Part shown: positions 12,020 to 23,717 of the stretch, one piece after another
Layout of the letters: the number at the start of each line of letters is the position of its first letter
How positions within the stretch are numbered: position 1 is the first letter of the stretch
From: Squalus acanthias
Taxonomy: Eukaryota
Direction: 5' to 3'
NCBI GenBank assembly: GCA_030390025.1
Contig: CM059432.1
Coordinates: 46,440,001 to 46,504,000, forward strand
Length of the DNA: 64,000 nucleotides
The notes under the pieces: generated by a model
What the model saw: the letters and a program-made list of their open reading frames with translations, nothing else
Databases searched by the model: none
Told to the model about the DNA's origin: nothing
Translations under genes and position numbers: made by a program

Positions 12020-12811
12020 AGGGCGATTTTCAGGTTGGGCACACATTGGGTGGCCAATGGGCAGAGCGATTGCAGCACCTGCCTGATGGCACCTGCGAAA
12101 GGCCCATAATCGGGCTTCGCCTGCAGAATTTTTGCGAACTGCTGCCTGGTGTGGGAGATGGAAATCCTGCAGCTCCTCTGCGTAGCCAAGCCAGAAGTCA
12201 AAACTTAAATGAGGGGGGGTGATAACAACCCCCCGAGATATCAGCGCTTCTCTAATTCTAGACTCTTGCGCATCCTTGATTTTAATCGCTCCACCATTGG
12301 TGGCCGTGCCTTCAGCTGCCAAGGCCCTAAGCTCTGGAATTCCCTCTCTAAACCTCTCCGCCTCTCTACCTCTCTTTCCTCCTTTAAGATGCTCCTTAAA
12401 ACCTACCTCTTTGACCAAGCGTTTGCTCATCTGCCCTAATTTCTCCTTATGTGGCTCGGCGTCAAATTTTGTTTTATATCGCTCCTGTGAAGTGCCTTGG
12501 GATGTTTTACTACGTTAAAGGTGCTATATAAATACAAGTTGTTGTTTTAATCTCTGTGGGTTGGAGGGGAGGGGGAACCACTGAGGGTTCAGTACCAATG
12601 GGTGCCCACAAACAGCAGGGGCCCTGATTTAAATATTTTAATAAGGCTCCTGTCTGTTTTGGGCTGCCCATTTTGAAGACAGCATGAAAATCAAGTCAGT
12701 TGGTGCTCAAGCAGCGAATGGACTGTAGTGTTTTAAAAAAAAAAAATTCAGTCTGCTTACCGCCCTATTTTGTAGCATGAACGGGGCAGTAGGCAGATGA
12801 AAATCGCCCCC
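12020..12811. mobile_element. MITE (TIR gggcgattttca / tgaaaatcgccc) interrupted by an L2 3' fragment
   Basis: 12-bp TIR match at 12021 and ~12798-12809. Confidence 0.65.
12225..12546 (+). mobile_element. L2-type LINE 3' end; similar copies at 24655-24926 and 28642-28950
   Basis: IGGRAFSCQGPKLWNSL...SFKMLLKTYLFDQAF C-terminal L2 motif and tail ctatataaatacaagttgttgtt. Confidence 0.85.
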
Positions 12812-13315
12812 TAAGAATCAAGGCCTTGAGAGAAAGGAGCCAAATAGAAGAAAAATGGAGGCAGATTTTCCCGTTCCTGTATTTGGGCATATTAGATCAT
12901 GTGGGTCAGCACACAGAGGAAGCTCGGGAGGAGAGGACCACATGTGGCTATAGAGCGGTCCATCCAATTCTTTCAGGCATCAAAATACAGAATCTCCATT
13001 AATATCTATCATTTCAGAAGAAAAATAGGTCAGAACATGCGACTGCAAATACTCACTGTCACAATTGGCCAGCTGACTAATAGTCATACTTTCTGGTTGA
13101 TCTGAAAATCTGTGGAAATTTCTCCTTACATTGCTACAGAAAATTATCAGGAAAGGCTCCATAACATTACATAGCCATGTCTGTAATTTGTCTTTGATAA
13201 GGTATTAAATTCCAATGTATAATGATGGAGAGCTGTGGCTTGTATTCCGATTGGAAATTGGTTGTCCGACAATACCATTCAAATTTCTGAGCTTTTAGGC
13301 ATAAAATATATTAAT

Positions 13316-14845
13316 GGCCTGGAATCTGCGGTCAGCAGCAAAGTGAAGGCGTTCGTCACTGGTCCCGAAGTAAGCTTCGCACCAAGATCTCGCGATCCCT
13401 GTGTCGAGAACGTTGGGTTTTCCGACGTTCAATTCAAGTCAATGGAGTTTAGTGGGGATCCCCTTGTGTGAGCTGCTGTGACGTCAACAAGCTGTCTAAG
13501 CAGCCAGTGAAAACATAGAATTCTCACAGACAGCGAACCAGGAAGTGGGTAAGCTCTTAAAATCCTAACTTTTAAAAATGTTAGAGAGAGCAAAACAAGG
13601 ATTGGGGCTCTCACATGGGGAAAAGGCAAACCTGAAATAAAGAGGAACAATCATTAAAAAAAATAATGGCCCAGAAATTAGGCTCCCTGGCTTCCCGCGG
13701 GTGCAAGGATCCCGCGCGCACCTACCTACCGCGCCTGCCATTGACCTCTGGGCCCATGGGGACTTCAGCTCCTGGGCCTCCTGCAGCTGCCGGCGCGCAG
13801 TGCTTGTGTATACCAGGGGCGTAGTTAGTGCGATGCGTCCCCTGGGACCATGTGGGCCATGGAGAGCCAATGGCAGCAGACCATCTTTCATTCATAGATT
13901 TGACAGGAGACCTGTCAAATCTATGAATTGAAATCGGCTCCAAAACAACACCTAAACTTCAAATAAATTTTAAAAAAAATCACATTTTTAAAATAACTAT
14001 AAGTTAAATAAATTAACTACTTTAAACAAAATTTAAATTTTTGACAAAATTAAAATACTTTTTAACAGTGCTAAAAATAAACTTACCTTTCTTTAAAGTA
14101 TCTAAAAAAGGTAAACCTGTTGAAAAATGTTTTAAATTGTAATTAATTAACCACTTACCTTGTTAAAAACGGGTCTTGCGCCTCCTTTTTAAATGTGCAG
14201 CTTCTTCCATACTTACCTTCCCGGAGAAACCTGAAAAAAACCCTAAGTTCGCTGCGTGCGCGCAGCCTCTCCCGCGCACGCGGTTCACCTCTCAACCCCT
14301 CCCTTCACGAGACCGGAAGTTCCGGTTTCCCGCGCATGCGCAGTGCATGCAGGAAACCAACACTTCAGGAGGCTTTACGGGTGAGTACACAGCGCGTACT
14401 CACCCGGCAAGTGCCAAATTTTTGGCCCAATATTTTTTCAAGATTCTTAAAAATTATAATTTTATTAAAATAGATAAATTTCACACTGCACAAAATTAAA
14501 ATTAGTTTTTCAGGCCCATAACCTTTGTTTATCAGTCAATACACTGTTAAAACCCCAGTTACACCTAATCCCTTTGGGTCTAACTTTTAGTGGGGAATTT
14601 AATAGAGTAATTGCTGTGGAAGAGCCGAAGTTTTCATCAGTTTCCCTGATTTGACAGAATACACTGATTGCCGGCTCTGTGAGGGGGTGGGTGGGGGCGG
14701 GGCTGGCGGCTCAGCGCAGCCTGTGGCAGAGCAGTGAATGACAGACCTGCGCATGCGCCAAATCCTGAAGTTGCGGTCAGTTTCAAAGGCAGAATGACGG
14801 TGAACGCTGCCAGTTCGCCATCTTCCGGACCGTAAATTCCGGGCC
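13316..14845. mobile_element. Harbinger-type MITE family B (host of a nested family A copy)
   Basis: TIR ggcctggaatctgcggtc / gaccgtaaattccgggcc; flanks aat/att; shorter relatives at 42330-42613 and 61373-61700. Confidence 0.82.
13668..14428 (-). mobile_element. MITE family A, copy 2 (inverted, nested in family B)
   Basis: TIR ggcccagaaatt / aaatttttggccc with exact 3-bp TSD AAT on both sides. Confidence 0.9.
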
Positions 14846-14974
14846 ATTAAGACCACAGTGGCTAGAGGTTCCTCTCTGTAAGGAATTTTGGTAATCTGAA
14901 TATTGGTGGCTTATAACTTACACGTTGCACTGCATTATTTTTCCTTTTTGGTCCTGTGGAAGTGTGAGTAAGTT

Positions 14975-15133
14975 ACACAAAAACAAAATACTGCGGATGC
15001 TGGAAATCTGAAATAAAAACAGAAAATGCTGGAAATACTCAGCAGGTCAGGCAGCACCTGTGGAGCGAGAAACAGAGTTAACGTTTCAGGTCGATGACCT
15101 GCTGAGTATTTCCAGCATTTTCTGTTTTTATTT
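14975..15133 (-). mobile_element. Penelope pLTR remnant folded back on itself
   Basis: Reverse complement of the 9315-9430 terminus; perfect 39-bp inverted repeat 15011-15049 / 15095-15133. Confidence 0.85.
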
Positions 15134-16848
15134 GAGTAAGTTATAATGGATGCACAACTGAACAACAATTTCTATCACATCTGTAGTAATGCAGCTGATC
15201 CATCCACTTAATGAGCTTAAATCGGTAGAACTTTGCTAATGCTGCTGTGAAGTGTTCAAGTGTCTAGTGCTTTTTTTCCTGTCTGGCTTGGCTAAACATG
15301 TACAAAACCAGATGCACCCAGAAGGCTCTGAATTCTCTTGGTCCGTGACAAACTACTCTTATGGGTTTAGCAAATAACATAATGTAACCATTATTAACTA
15401 AAATGATTGCTTGCAGGAGTGCTGCCTGCTTCTTGTTTAATAAGTTGTATTATCAGCTCCGATACATTCACCGACTCCTCGGCCAGTTAGTCATTTTGTT
15501 TTGGACTGTGAGGAGCAAAGCACATCATGCCTTCGAGAAATGCAGTGGAAATTTTTACACTGTAAAACAGAGGAAATGCAATTAATTTGTGGCTGAGATT
15601 GGGTGGATTGAAAATGTGGGTGTTTTTATATGATGATATCTTTAAAAAAATGTCCAGTTTGCACTGTAAGTGACAAAGAAAGTGTTGCAATATGCACGTA
15701 TTACTACACTCCAATGGAATATGCAGTGCAAAATAAATGTGTAGCAAAACATTTGTGCATCACATTATATATGAAAGAAAATGTGGGCTGGGTTTTCCTC
15801 CACTATCTTGCCTGAGATTGGGAGTATAGCAATGAGAAAATGAGACAGTGAGGCTTACCATCGCCACCCTGCCCCAATCTGAATTTCCTCCTCCTGCCCT
15901 GCCAATACAGCTGCTAGCCATCCCTTCCCTGCCGCATGTAAATGCTGACAGGGAGACAGGGCCCAGGTTCCCAGCAGATTTTCTTCTCATGCACCCTTCT
16001 TACCTCCACTCCCTAGGACCACTCGGAGGAAGGTGCAGGCGGTAGGCCCAGGCTAGCAATGGCACTGGCAGACGCCATCTTAATGGCTTAAATGCTACTG
16101 GGAGCCTGCCATGCATGGGAAATGAGCCCGGCTCAGAAAAATGGATTGCAGTTGTGGCAGAATCAGAGGGACCGCCGCATAGAAGAGAACCCTGACATAT
16201 GTTTATGAATTGCAGTTCATTGTTCTGCATGGGCTTTCACTGATCTGTGATTCAGTACCACTACCTGGCTGCCACGAAGTCAAGGATAATCTTGTTTCAG
16301 ATCCAAAACGTTTCAGTCTGCCTGATGTAAAGTAATGCAATAAGATAGAACTGATGGGCCGTGAAATTCTGCCCCTTAGCGCAGGCTGTTAAGGCCGGTT
16401 TCAGTGATAAAATGGCGGCCGCCTCGCTTTTGGCCACTTCCGATGGGTCCCAAGGCAGCCGCCATTTTGGAAGGTCAGCAGCACTGCCATTGCCTGTGCT
16501 TGCTGGAGAAATGGTAATGAGGCAGATCGTGACATCAATCTATGTGCAATGCTGATTTGACGCACGATCTGCCATTTTCGACGTTGCCGCTTCATTCAAT
16601 GTCCTCTCCAAATCACGAACAGCTGAACATGCGTTCAGCAGCAGGGAGAACCACCCATTTATAATGATCAACATCAACTTGCAGCTGACTTGCTTTCTGA
16701 TTTCTACTGGCTCTCTGTAAGTTTGTGCAACTGTTTGGAGCTTTCACATGTTATTTAAAGTTGGTGAGGTGACAGGGAGTGGTGCTGCAAGTGGAGAAGG
16801 CCTTGCTTCTGCTCTAAAGGGTTCTGCTCAGACCACTTACTCCCAATC

Positions 16849-17984
16849 ATGGGGGCTCTACTTGCAGAACCCCTCGCGCTCGAGTATGATAGGGAGATAG
16901 AGCAGAGGCAGCAAAGAAGAGGACAAGCTGCTTGTAGAGGGAGGTGGAGGAGGGGCAGGAGGGCTTTCAGCAAGAGGCCTTACCCACCTAGGGTCTTCCG
17001 GGAGCACTTCTCCTATCTGCGCTTAAGCCAGGAGCAGTGTATTCAGAGGCTCCACTTCACCAAGGAGGTGGTCACAGAACTCTGCCACCTCCTGGAACCA
17101 GACCTGGAGCCTCAGAGCAGGGTAACAATGACACTGCCCTCAAGGTCACCATGGTCCTCAATTTTTTCACCACCGGATCCTTCCAGTCTAGAGCAGGAGA
17201 CATAGCTAACGTCTCTCAGTTTGCCATCCATCACTACATCCGGGAGGTCACAGAGGCTCTGTACTTCAGGAGAAGGGACTTCATTGTCTTCTCTCTGAAC
17301 AGAGGGAAGCAGGAATGGAACACATGTGGCTTTGCCAGGATATCGGGCTTCCCCATGGTGCAGGGTGTTATTGGCTGCACACACGTGGCTCTGCGGGCAC
17401 CGCATTTCAATTCTGAGATGTACCGTAAAGTTTACCACTCACTTAATGTGCAGTTGGTGTGCGACAATGCCCAGCACATCATGATGATGAATGCTCGGTA
17501 TCCTGCTCCAGTCCGGTGTGCCAGCAATCTTCCAGCCATCACGTAAAACTCGAGGATGGCTGCTCGGAAACAAGGACTATCCACTCTACACCTGGCAGGT
17601 GACCACCTCCGCAACCCCACCACTCGTGCCCAGCAGTCATATAATGAGAGCTATGCTGCTATAAGGAACCTCATCGAGCAGACCATCGGGGTGGTAAAGC
17701 AACGGTTCCGCTGCCTTGACCGCGCAGGAGGAGCCCTCCAGTACACACCGGAGCGGGTGTCCTATTTCGTGGTCGTCTGCTGCATCTTCCACAACTTGGC
17801 CATCATGAGGGTGCAGCCCTTGCCACCACAAATTCTGGGGCCACCACAGGAGGAGGAGAAGGAGAAAGAGGAGGATGAAGTGGAGGAGGAGGAGGAAGAG
17901 GAGGAGGAAGGGAGGAGGCAGGCAGCAGATCTCCGTTCCGGACAGGCTGTTCGTGAGTGCCTCATCAGACTCTGGTTCCAATGA
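16849..17984 (+). pseudogene. Harbinger (HARBI1-like) DDE transposase, disrupted
   Basis: RPYPPRVFR, LNFFTTGSFQ, GFPMVQGVIGCTHV, HSLNVQLVCD, RNLIEQTIGVVKQRFRCL, CCIFHNLA, acidic tail. Frameshifts present; both catalytic Asp positions altered (VIGCTH, LLGNKDY). Confidence 0.92.
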
Positions 17985-18266
17985 ATGAAACCCCAGATCC
18001 CCATTGCTGACCACTTCCGCACCTTACCATCCCTCTGTCACATCACAGCATCCTCCTGGGAACAAAGCTGAAATGAGAGCCACCACAAAGCAAACATTAT
18101 AAACGTAATTTATCAATTTATCAATTCCAATACTACACAACAACGTCAACTAATCACCCTTGTGCTTTCCCTTAGTATCTGTCTTTCGTGTTCCTTTTCT
18201 TACTCTAGTGCAGTGCTCCCCTAGTAGCTGCAGTATGGCTGGTGGAAGGCTGCTGACTTTCAGTGG

Positions 18267-19377
18267 TCATGATGCGGAGATGCCGGTGTTGGACTGGGGT
18301 GGACAAAAATGAGAAGTTGCACAATACCAGGTTATAGTCCAACAGATTTATTTAAAATTACAAGCTTTCGGAGCTGTCGCCCCTTCGTCAGGTAAAGGTA
18401 CAATGAGTGAATCTACAATATTACACAGTATATAAACACAGAAACTGCAGAGATACAATCTTCCAGGGAAGGTGTCCTTACATCAAAGACACACCAGAGC
18501 ACAGCCAAGACAATGAGATGTGTCACAGGGGGTCCAACGTGTCAAATCCTGCTGTCTGCAGTTGAGCTTTCTTTTTTTGGGGGTTTGTTTTTTTTGTGTG
18601 TTTTTTTTTTAAACTGGAAAGACAGACAACGATGTCGAGTCACGTTCTGTAGCGTGACATGAACCCGATATCCCTATTGAGGCCGTCCTCATGGGTGCGG
18701 AACTTGGCTATCAGTTTCTGCTCGATGATTTTGCGCTGTCGTGTGTCTCGAAGGCTGCCTTGGAGAACACTAACCCGCAGATCTGAGGCTGAATGTCCTT
18801 GACTGCTGAAGTGTTCCCCGACTGGGAGGTAACAATCTGCCTGGCGATTGTTGCGCGGTGTCCGTTCATACGTTGTCTCAGTGTCTGCATGGTCTCGCCG
18901 AAGTACCATGCTCTGGGGCATCCTTTCCTGCAACGTATCAGGTAGACAACGTTGGCCGAGTCACATGAGTATGTACCATGTACCTGGTGGGTAGTGTCCT
19001 CACGTGTGATGACGGTATCTGTGTTCATGATCTGGCATGTCTTGCAGAGGTTGCCGTGGCAGGGTTGTGTGGTGCCGTGGTCGCTGTTCTCCTGACAGCT
19101 GGGTAATTTGCTGCGAACGATGGTACTTTTGAGGTTAGGCGGCTGCTTGAAGGCGAGTAGTGGAGGCGTGGGGATGGCCTTAGCAAGGTGTTCGTCGTCA
19201 TCGATGACATGTTGAAGGCTGCGAAGAACATGGCGTAGTTTCTCCGCTCCGGGGAAGTACCTGACGACGTAGGGTACTCTGTTGGTTGTGTCCCGTGTTC
19301 GCCTTCTGAGGAGGTCTATGCGGTTTTTCGCTGTGGCCCGTCGGAACTGTCGATCGACGAGTCGAGCGTCATATCCC
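18267..19377 (-). mobile_element. Second Penelope-like family, 5'-truncated, inserted into the Myb gene
   Basis: RVPYVVRYFPG...PCHGNLCKTC...NVVYLIRCRKGCPRAWYFGET...GLNRDIGFM GIY-YIG region, pLTR at ~18267-18400; gtgg duplicated at 18263-18266 and 19378-19381. Confidence 0.92.
18350..18396 (-). ncRNA. Minimal hammerhead ribozyme motif in Penelope pLTR
   Basis: Minus strand CTGACGA-a-ggggc-gaca-gctcc-GAAA-gctt: intact core boxes and 5-bp stem II. Confidence 0.68.
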
Positions 19378-22085
19378 GTGGGGGAGACTGCAGATGGCCT
19401 TGCAGGACGACCTTGAGCAGCTCTAGGCCTGGAAGGCCCGGCTGTAGACTGCACCACCTCAGCATGGGCGGCAGCAGTCTGGGCTGGCTGGCTGAGAGTC
19501 AACAGCCAGGGCACTGGCAGAGTGGCAGGGGTGGGAGTAGGAATGCTGACATCCTCAGAGAGGATAGTAGGTTCTTGCTCTACAAAGCCACTGCCACTCC
19601 CCCGGGGCAGCGCCTCAGCATTCCAAGCCATCTGTTGGAGGACAGATTGCTGGACTGCTGAGAGACCCTGCAAGCCCCCTTGCACACTCGAAAACGCAGT
19701 CACAATAGTAGCAGTCTGATCTTGTGTGGCAGCAAGCTGAGACTGCATGACATCGGTCTGATCTTGAATGGCAGCAAGCTGAAACTGCATGAGAGCAGTC
19801 TGAGCTTCCACTGCAGCACTGAGTCATTGGGTCTCTTCCACTTGTGCTGCAATGGAAGCTGCAAGATCGCCCATCACACCCAGCATCATGGTTGGGTGCA
19901 CAAGTTCTCTAATAGAGTTGTCCATCATTCCCGTCCTGGAAATCATGGGCTCCAAGCTCCGCAAAAAACCCCATGCAGTTTTGGAGTTAGACTCCTCCAT
20001 GCTCCTTGACACTGACAAGAGGCTCTCTTGTAGGCTTGCCATTGCACTAAGCATTTCTGTGTGCATGCCCATCACCCTTCTTCTGAAGGCCGCCCCATCG
20101 AGGTCATTATCTGAGTCCTCGTGTGTGAACTTGCCCACTCGTGCCCGATGACTCACCATGTGCAGATCCCGCTTCTATGCTACCCTCTAAAATCCGTGCA
20201 GTGCCAGTTTCTGAGCTGGTGCCTGACAGTGTCAGATCGAGTGACGGTGCCTCTTCTTCTCCTTCACTCTCCTCCTTCATAACTTCGGGGACAGACTGGG
20301 CTGGTGGGACTTCTTGGGTGTCTGAAAGGGGAAAGGCACAAGGGTCAGGTTGTGTGAGGGGAGGGGGTAAAGCAAGATGTGCATGCTTACACCATCAGCA
20401 GCTTGTAAGTGAGAAGAGACTGTGGGATGAGGTGGAAATGGGATGTGAGAAGAAGGAATAGGTTTGAGCATACCATCATCATCAGCAATGATTTCAACTT
20501 TGCCGCTCGCCACGGCATCAGTGACGGTCCCCTCCAATTATTTCCAGCACTGTGTCCTCCAGCTCTGTGAGTTTGTGAAGTCGGTCTTCCCCTCCGCCCG
20601 TCTGTTGCTGCTCATGGCAGTTGTGAGCCACTTTTGCCTGCAAGAGAAAGGGTAGTGTGTCAGTGAGTGTGGTGCAATGTGTTTGGGTGATGTGGCTGTC
20701 ATGGTTGAATAGCAGGCAGTGTGTGCAAGGTGTGAGATGTGGGTGTGAGTTTTGCAGCAGCAGTAAGCATGTGAGGGTGAGATGAAGCTCTGATTGTGAG
20801 GTATGAGAGTGGTGATTGCTAGAGATTGTTGATAGGTGAGTGATGGGGGTGTGCTGCATTGAGCAGTGTGTGAGGCTAATGGTGCAGTTGATGGGATATG
20901 GCAGGTGAAGGTGCATTCACTCACCTTGATCACTCGTGTGAGGTCATTAACTTCTTGCGGCACTGGATCCAGGTCCTGGGTACAACACTGGTGGCACTGA
21001 CAGCTTGAGCTAATTCCTCCCACAGCCTTCTGGTGTGCTGCCTGGAAGGCCTCCTGCCCCCCCTGTGGGTAGAGGACCTCACGCCATCTGTGAACCCCCA
21101 GGACCAAGACCTCCAGTTCCACATCAGAAAACCTCCTCGCTCTCTCTCTTTCCTGTTGGGCCATGACTTCATCCAGACTGACGATGAGGCGCTTCTGCAA
21201 CAAAGCACCTCTCCTTTAAGTAGTGCAGAGAGCTTAGGCCAAATTTTATTGGCCAGTAGACTGCACCCGGCATTGGTCCCCCTGTTGAGCGCTAAGCCAA
21301 CCAACAGCACGTTTAGTGCTGAGATCAGCGCTCCAATCATTATAACGAGCAGGCAGCACGAATTTTGCGTGCTGCCTGCACCACTTTGAACAGGTGTGGA
21401 CAGATCGCGCTTCGCGCTCCCCGTGCCAGTTTTTGGGCCTAATCTTTGCATGAGAGCATTGAAGAGTTTTAGCTCTTAAATAATGAAGGACTTGACAGTA
21501 ACAGTAACACAGGCATCCACTTAGTGTTTATGGCATGTGAAGCACTTTCCCCATCAGGACAGACTGGGAACTTTTCTGCGCTTAGCGAATTCCAAAGGTT
21601 CACAACCCTCTGAGTGAAGAAATTTCTTCTCATCTCAGTCCTAAATGGCCGACCTCTTACTGGAGGAAGTAACTATTGATTGCCTTTCATGTCAGACAGA
21701 GAGGAGCTGTCTGCTAAATCTTTACATTAAATAGTGCACGGGCAAGATTTTAACTGTAAGGTAGAACGCAGTTGATTGGAATGTATTTACGCCCTTCATG
21801 ATCAAATAGCTTCATAGCGAAAAATTGCACTGAATGGAAGAGAGTGTACAAGGTGATTGGCATGTGAACAGACCAGCTTAAATCATAGAGTGAACAATTT
21901 TGTAACTTGTTAATAGCTTTGGAATTGGGCATGTTTCCTGGATCCATTAAAAAAATACATAGCCTTGTTTTGTCTATGAAAGCAGTAACTTGCTGTGTCC
22001 AACTTTCTGGAGCAGCAGGCAGGATCCATGCACCACACTAGGCCTTGTATGATTAAATATTTTTTAAATCAGACAGTATTACATT

Positions 22086-23038
22086 GGGCTGAATTTTAAT
22101 GGGGAAGGCGGGTTGGGGGCAGGGGTCTCCGAGACGGTCGGGAAACCCGGGAGAACTTTGACGGCAGGGCCTGATTTGCCTCTGTTTCCCACCCGCAGCC
22201 AGCCAAATTGAGAGGCGGGTAGGCCTGCGGCACTAGGCCGCACAGAGGAGGGAGGGAGGGATCGTGGGGGGGGGCGGGCCAGGAGCGGCCAGAGGAGCAC
22301 GGGGGGGTCCGAAGAAATTGCGGTGGGGCCAGGAGCGACTGGGAGGGGATGGGGGGTGGGGGTCCAAAGATGATCGCAGGCCAGGAAGTGGCCGGAGGAA
22401 CCCGGGGGGGCGGGGGATCGATGAAAGATAGCGGGTGGTTGGGGGGGGGGGGGCAGGGTTTGTCTCACCAAAATCGCGAGCCAGGAGGAGCGGGGGAGGT
22501 GGTCTGCAGAAGATTGGGGGCGATGGCCTGTGGGGTGGCCACAGGGGCAGGGGGATCTTCAGAAGATCGGGGGCTGGGTGCAGCACGGGTAAGGCTGGAG
22601 GAGCGGAGGGAAGCCTCGTGGAGGCATCGGAGGCCTGGTGGGGGAGATTGGTGGCCTGGGCGGGGTGGGGGGGGGGCGTTCAGAAGCCCCGTGGGGAGAT
22701 CTCCGATCGCAGTGGTGGGCTAGGCAGGGACCCTGGGTCCAGGAGGTAAGTGTAAAGGCTCTTACCTCCTGGATACAGCAGTCCTCGCCTTGCTGCAGGT
22801 GCCGAGTTTTACGAAGTGTGCAAAACCCGACCAGCTATGGAGGTTAAAGAAGAAGCTTCCAGCCTCCTGGCAGTGGGTTGGCTGACTGCCTCCGCCCCGC
22901 CTCCCGTACGCCTCCGTGGGCGGGTTTGAGGCGGGCTCAGGTCAGGATTCACATTTTTAACCTTTAACTACCCCCACACCCCAACCCACCCTTTTTTTAG
23001 GTTAAAATTCCCCCCCCCCCCCCCCACTCCCCTCCCCC
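22086..23038. mobile_element. MITE family C, copy 2 with expanded G-rich interior
   Basis: gggctgaattttaatggggaaggcgg ... ttttaggttaaaattcccc; att on both flanks. Confidence 0.78.
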
Positions 23039-23039
23039 A

Positions 23040-23200
23040 TTATATTTACAGCACAGAAACAGGCCATTCGGCTCAACTGGTCTGTGCCGGTGTTTATGCT
23101 CCACACCAGCCTCCTCCCACCCTACATCATCTAACCCTATCAGCGTATCCTTCTATTCCTTTCTCCCTCGTGTACTTATCTAGCTTCCCCTTAAATGTAT
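23040..23200 (-). mobile_element. CR1-related 3' end fragment
   Basis: cacagaaacaggccattcgg...gtttatgctccac, same as 43001-43150. Confidence 0.75.
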
Positions 23201-23595
23201 TGTGATTAAGTACTCCCAATCTATTTTGTGTTTCTTGAAATTCACCATTTGCATCTGACAACATAATTGCTGAAAATAAGCAGTAGGATATTTTGGTGCA
23301 TTAGCTAGCACACTGTTTTTTGGTCATGGCGAGTGATTTGCAGTAACCTGACAGCAATAGGCCTGAGAAAGGGAGAGACGGTGCCACTGTTGCTACAGCT
23401 CTGGCTCCTTTGCCACAAACCTCTCAGCTGCCACTAGACAGGTTCAAAAATATTCAATTCACAACTTCTTCTACTTTGGAATGCACGTTACCATGTGGAA
23501 CTATCTTTAACTCCCTACCTTCTGTCATAGCTCATCACTTCCCACATGAAGCAAGGGCTGAGCCCAGCAATTTCTTTTTTTGAACTGACTCTACG

Positions 23596-23717
23596 GGGAT
23601 GGAATTCTGCAAGGAGTTTTGCTGCTCGGTGTTTACATCGTTGTCCTGAGGTTTCTGGGGCTCTTTTGTTGAGGTTACGTTGGACGAGCGGGAGAAATAC
23701 TGCAGAAATTCACCCCT
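23596..23717. mobile_element. Short hairpin MITE
   Basis: ggggatggaattctgca ... tgcagaaattcacccc. Confidence 0.5.

Larger units (their letters stand above)
18150..21164 (-). pseudogene. Harbinger Myb/SANT-like partner gene, three exons (21164-20925, 20637-20474, 20321-18150), last exon split by Penelope
   Basis: RARRFSDVELEVLV...W...RTWIQCRKK.NDLTRVIK|GTGAGT; ttgcAG|AKVAHNCHEQQQTGGG; tttcAG third exon with acidic stretch and long helical region; stops and frameshifts present. Confidence 0.85.
16356..21440. mobile_element. Near full-length decayed PIF/Harbinger DNA transposon (convergent transposase and Myb genes) with nested Penelope
   Basis: Imperfect termini gggccgtgaaatt / agtttttgggcct; transposase on +, spliced Myb/SANT gene on -. 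Confidence 0.88.

Noticed and set aside
17849..17918. (GAG)n microsatellite as a separate feature
   Set aside because: Encodes the usual acidic tail of the Harbinger transposase.
16849..17984. Domesticated host gene HARBI1
   Set aside because: Frameshifted, flanked by TIRs and a Myb partner, with several divergent copies in the window: these are transposon remnants.
22079..22847. Cluster of Pro/Gly-rich ORFs (also 1069-1821 and 54412-54925)
   Set aside because: By-products of stop-poor G/C tracts inside family C MITEs.
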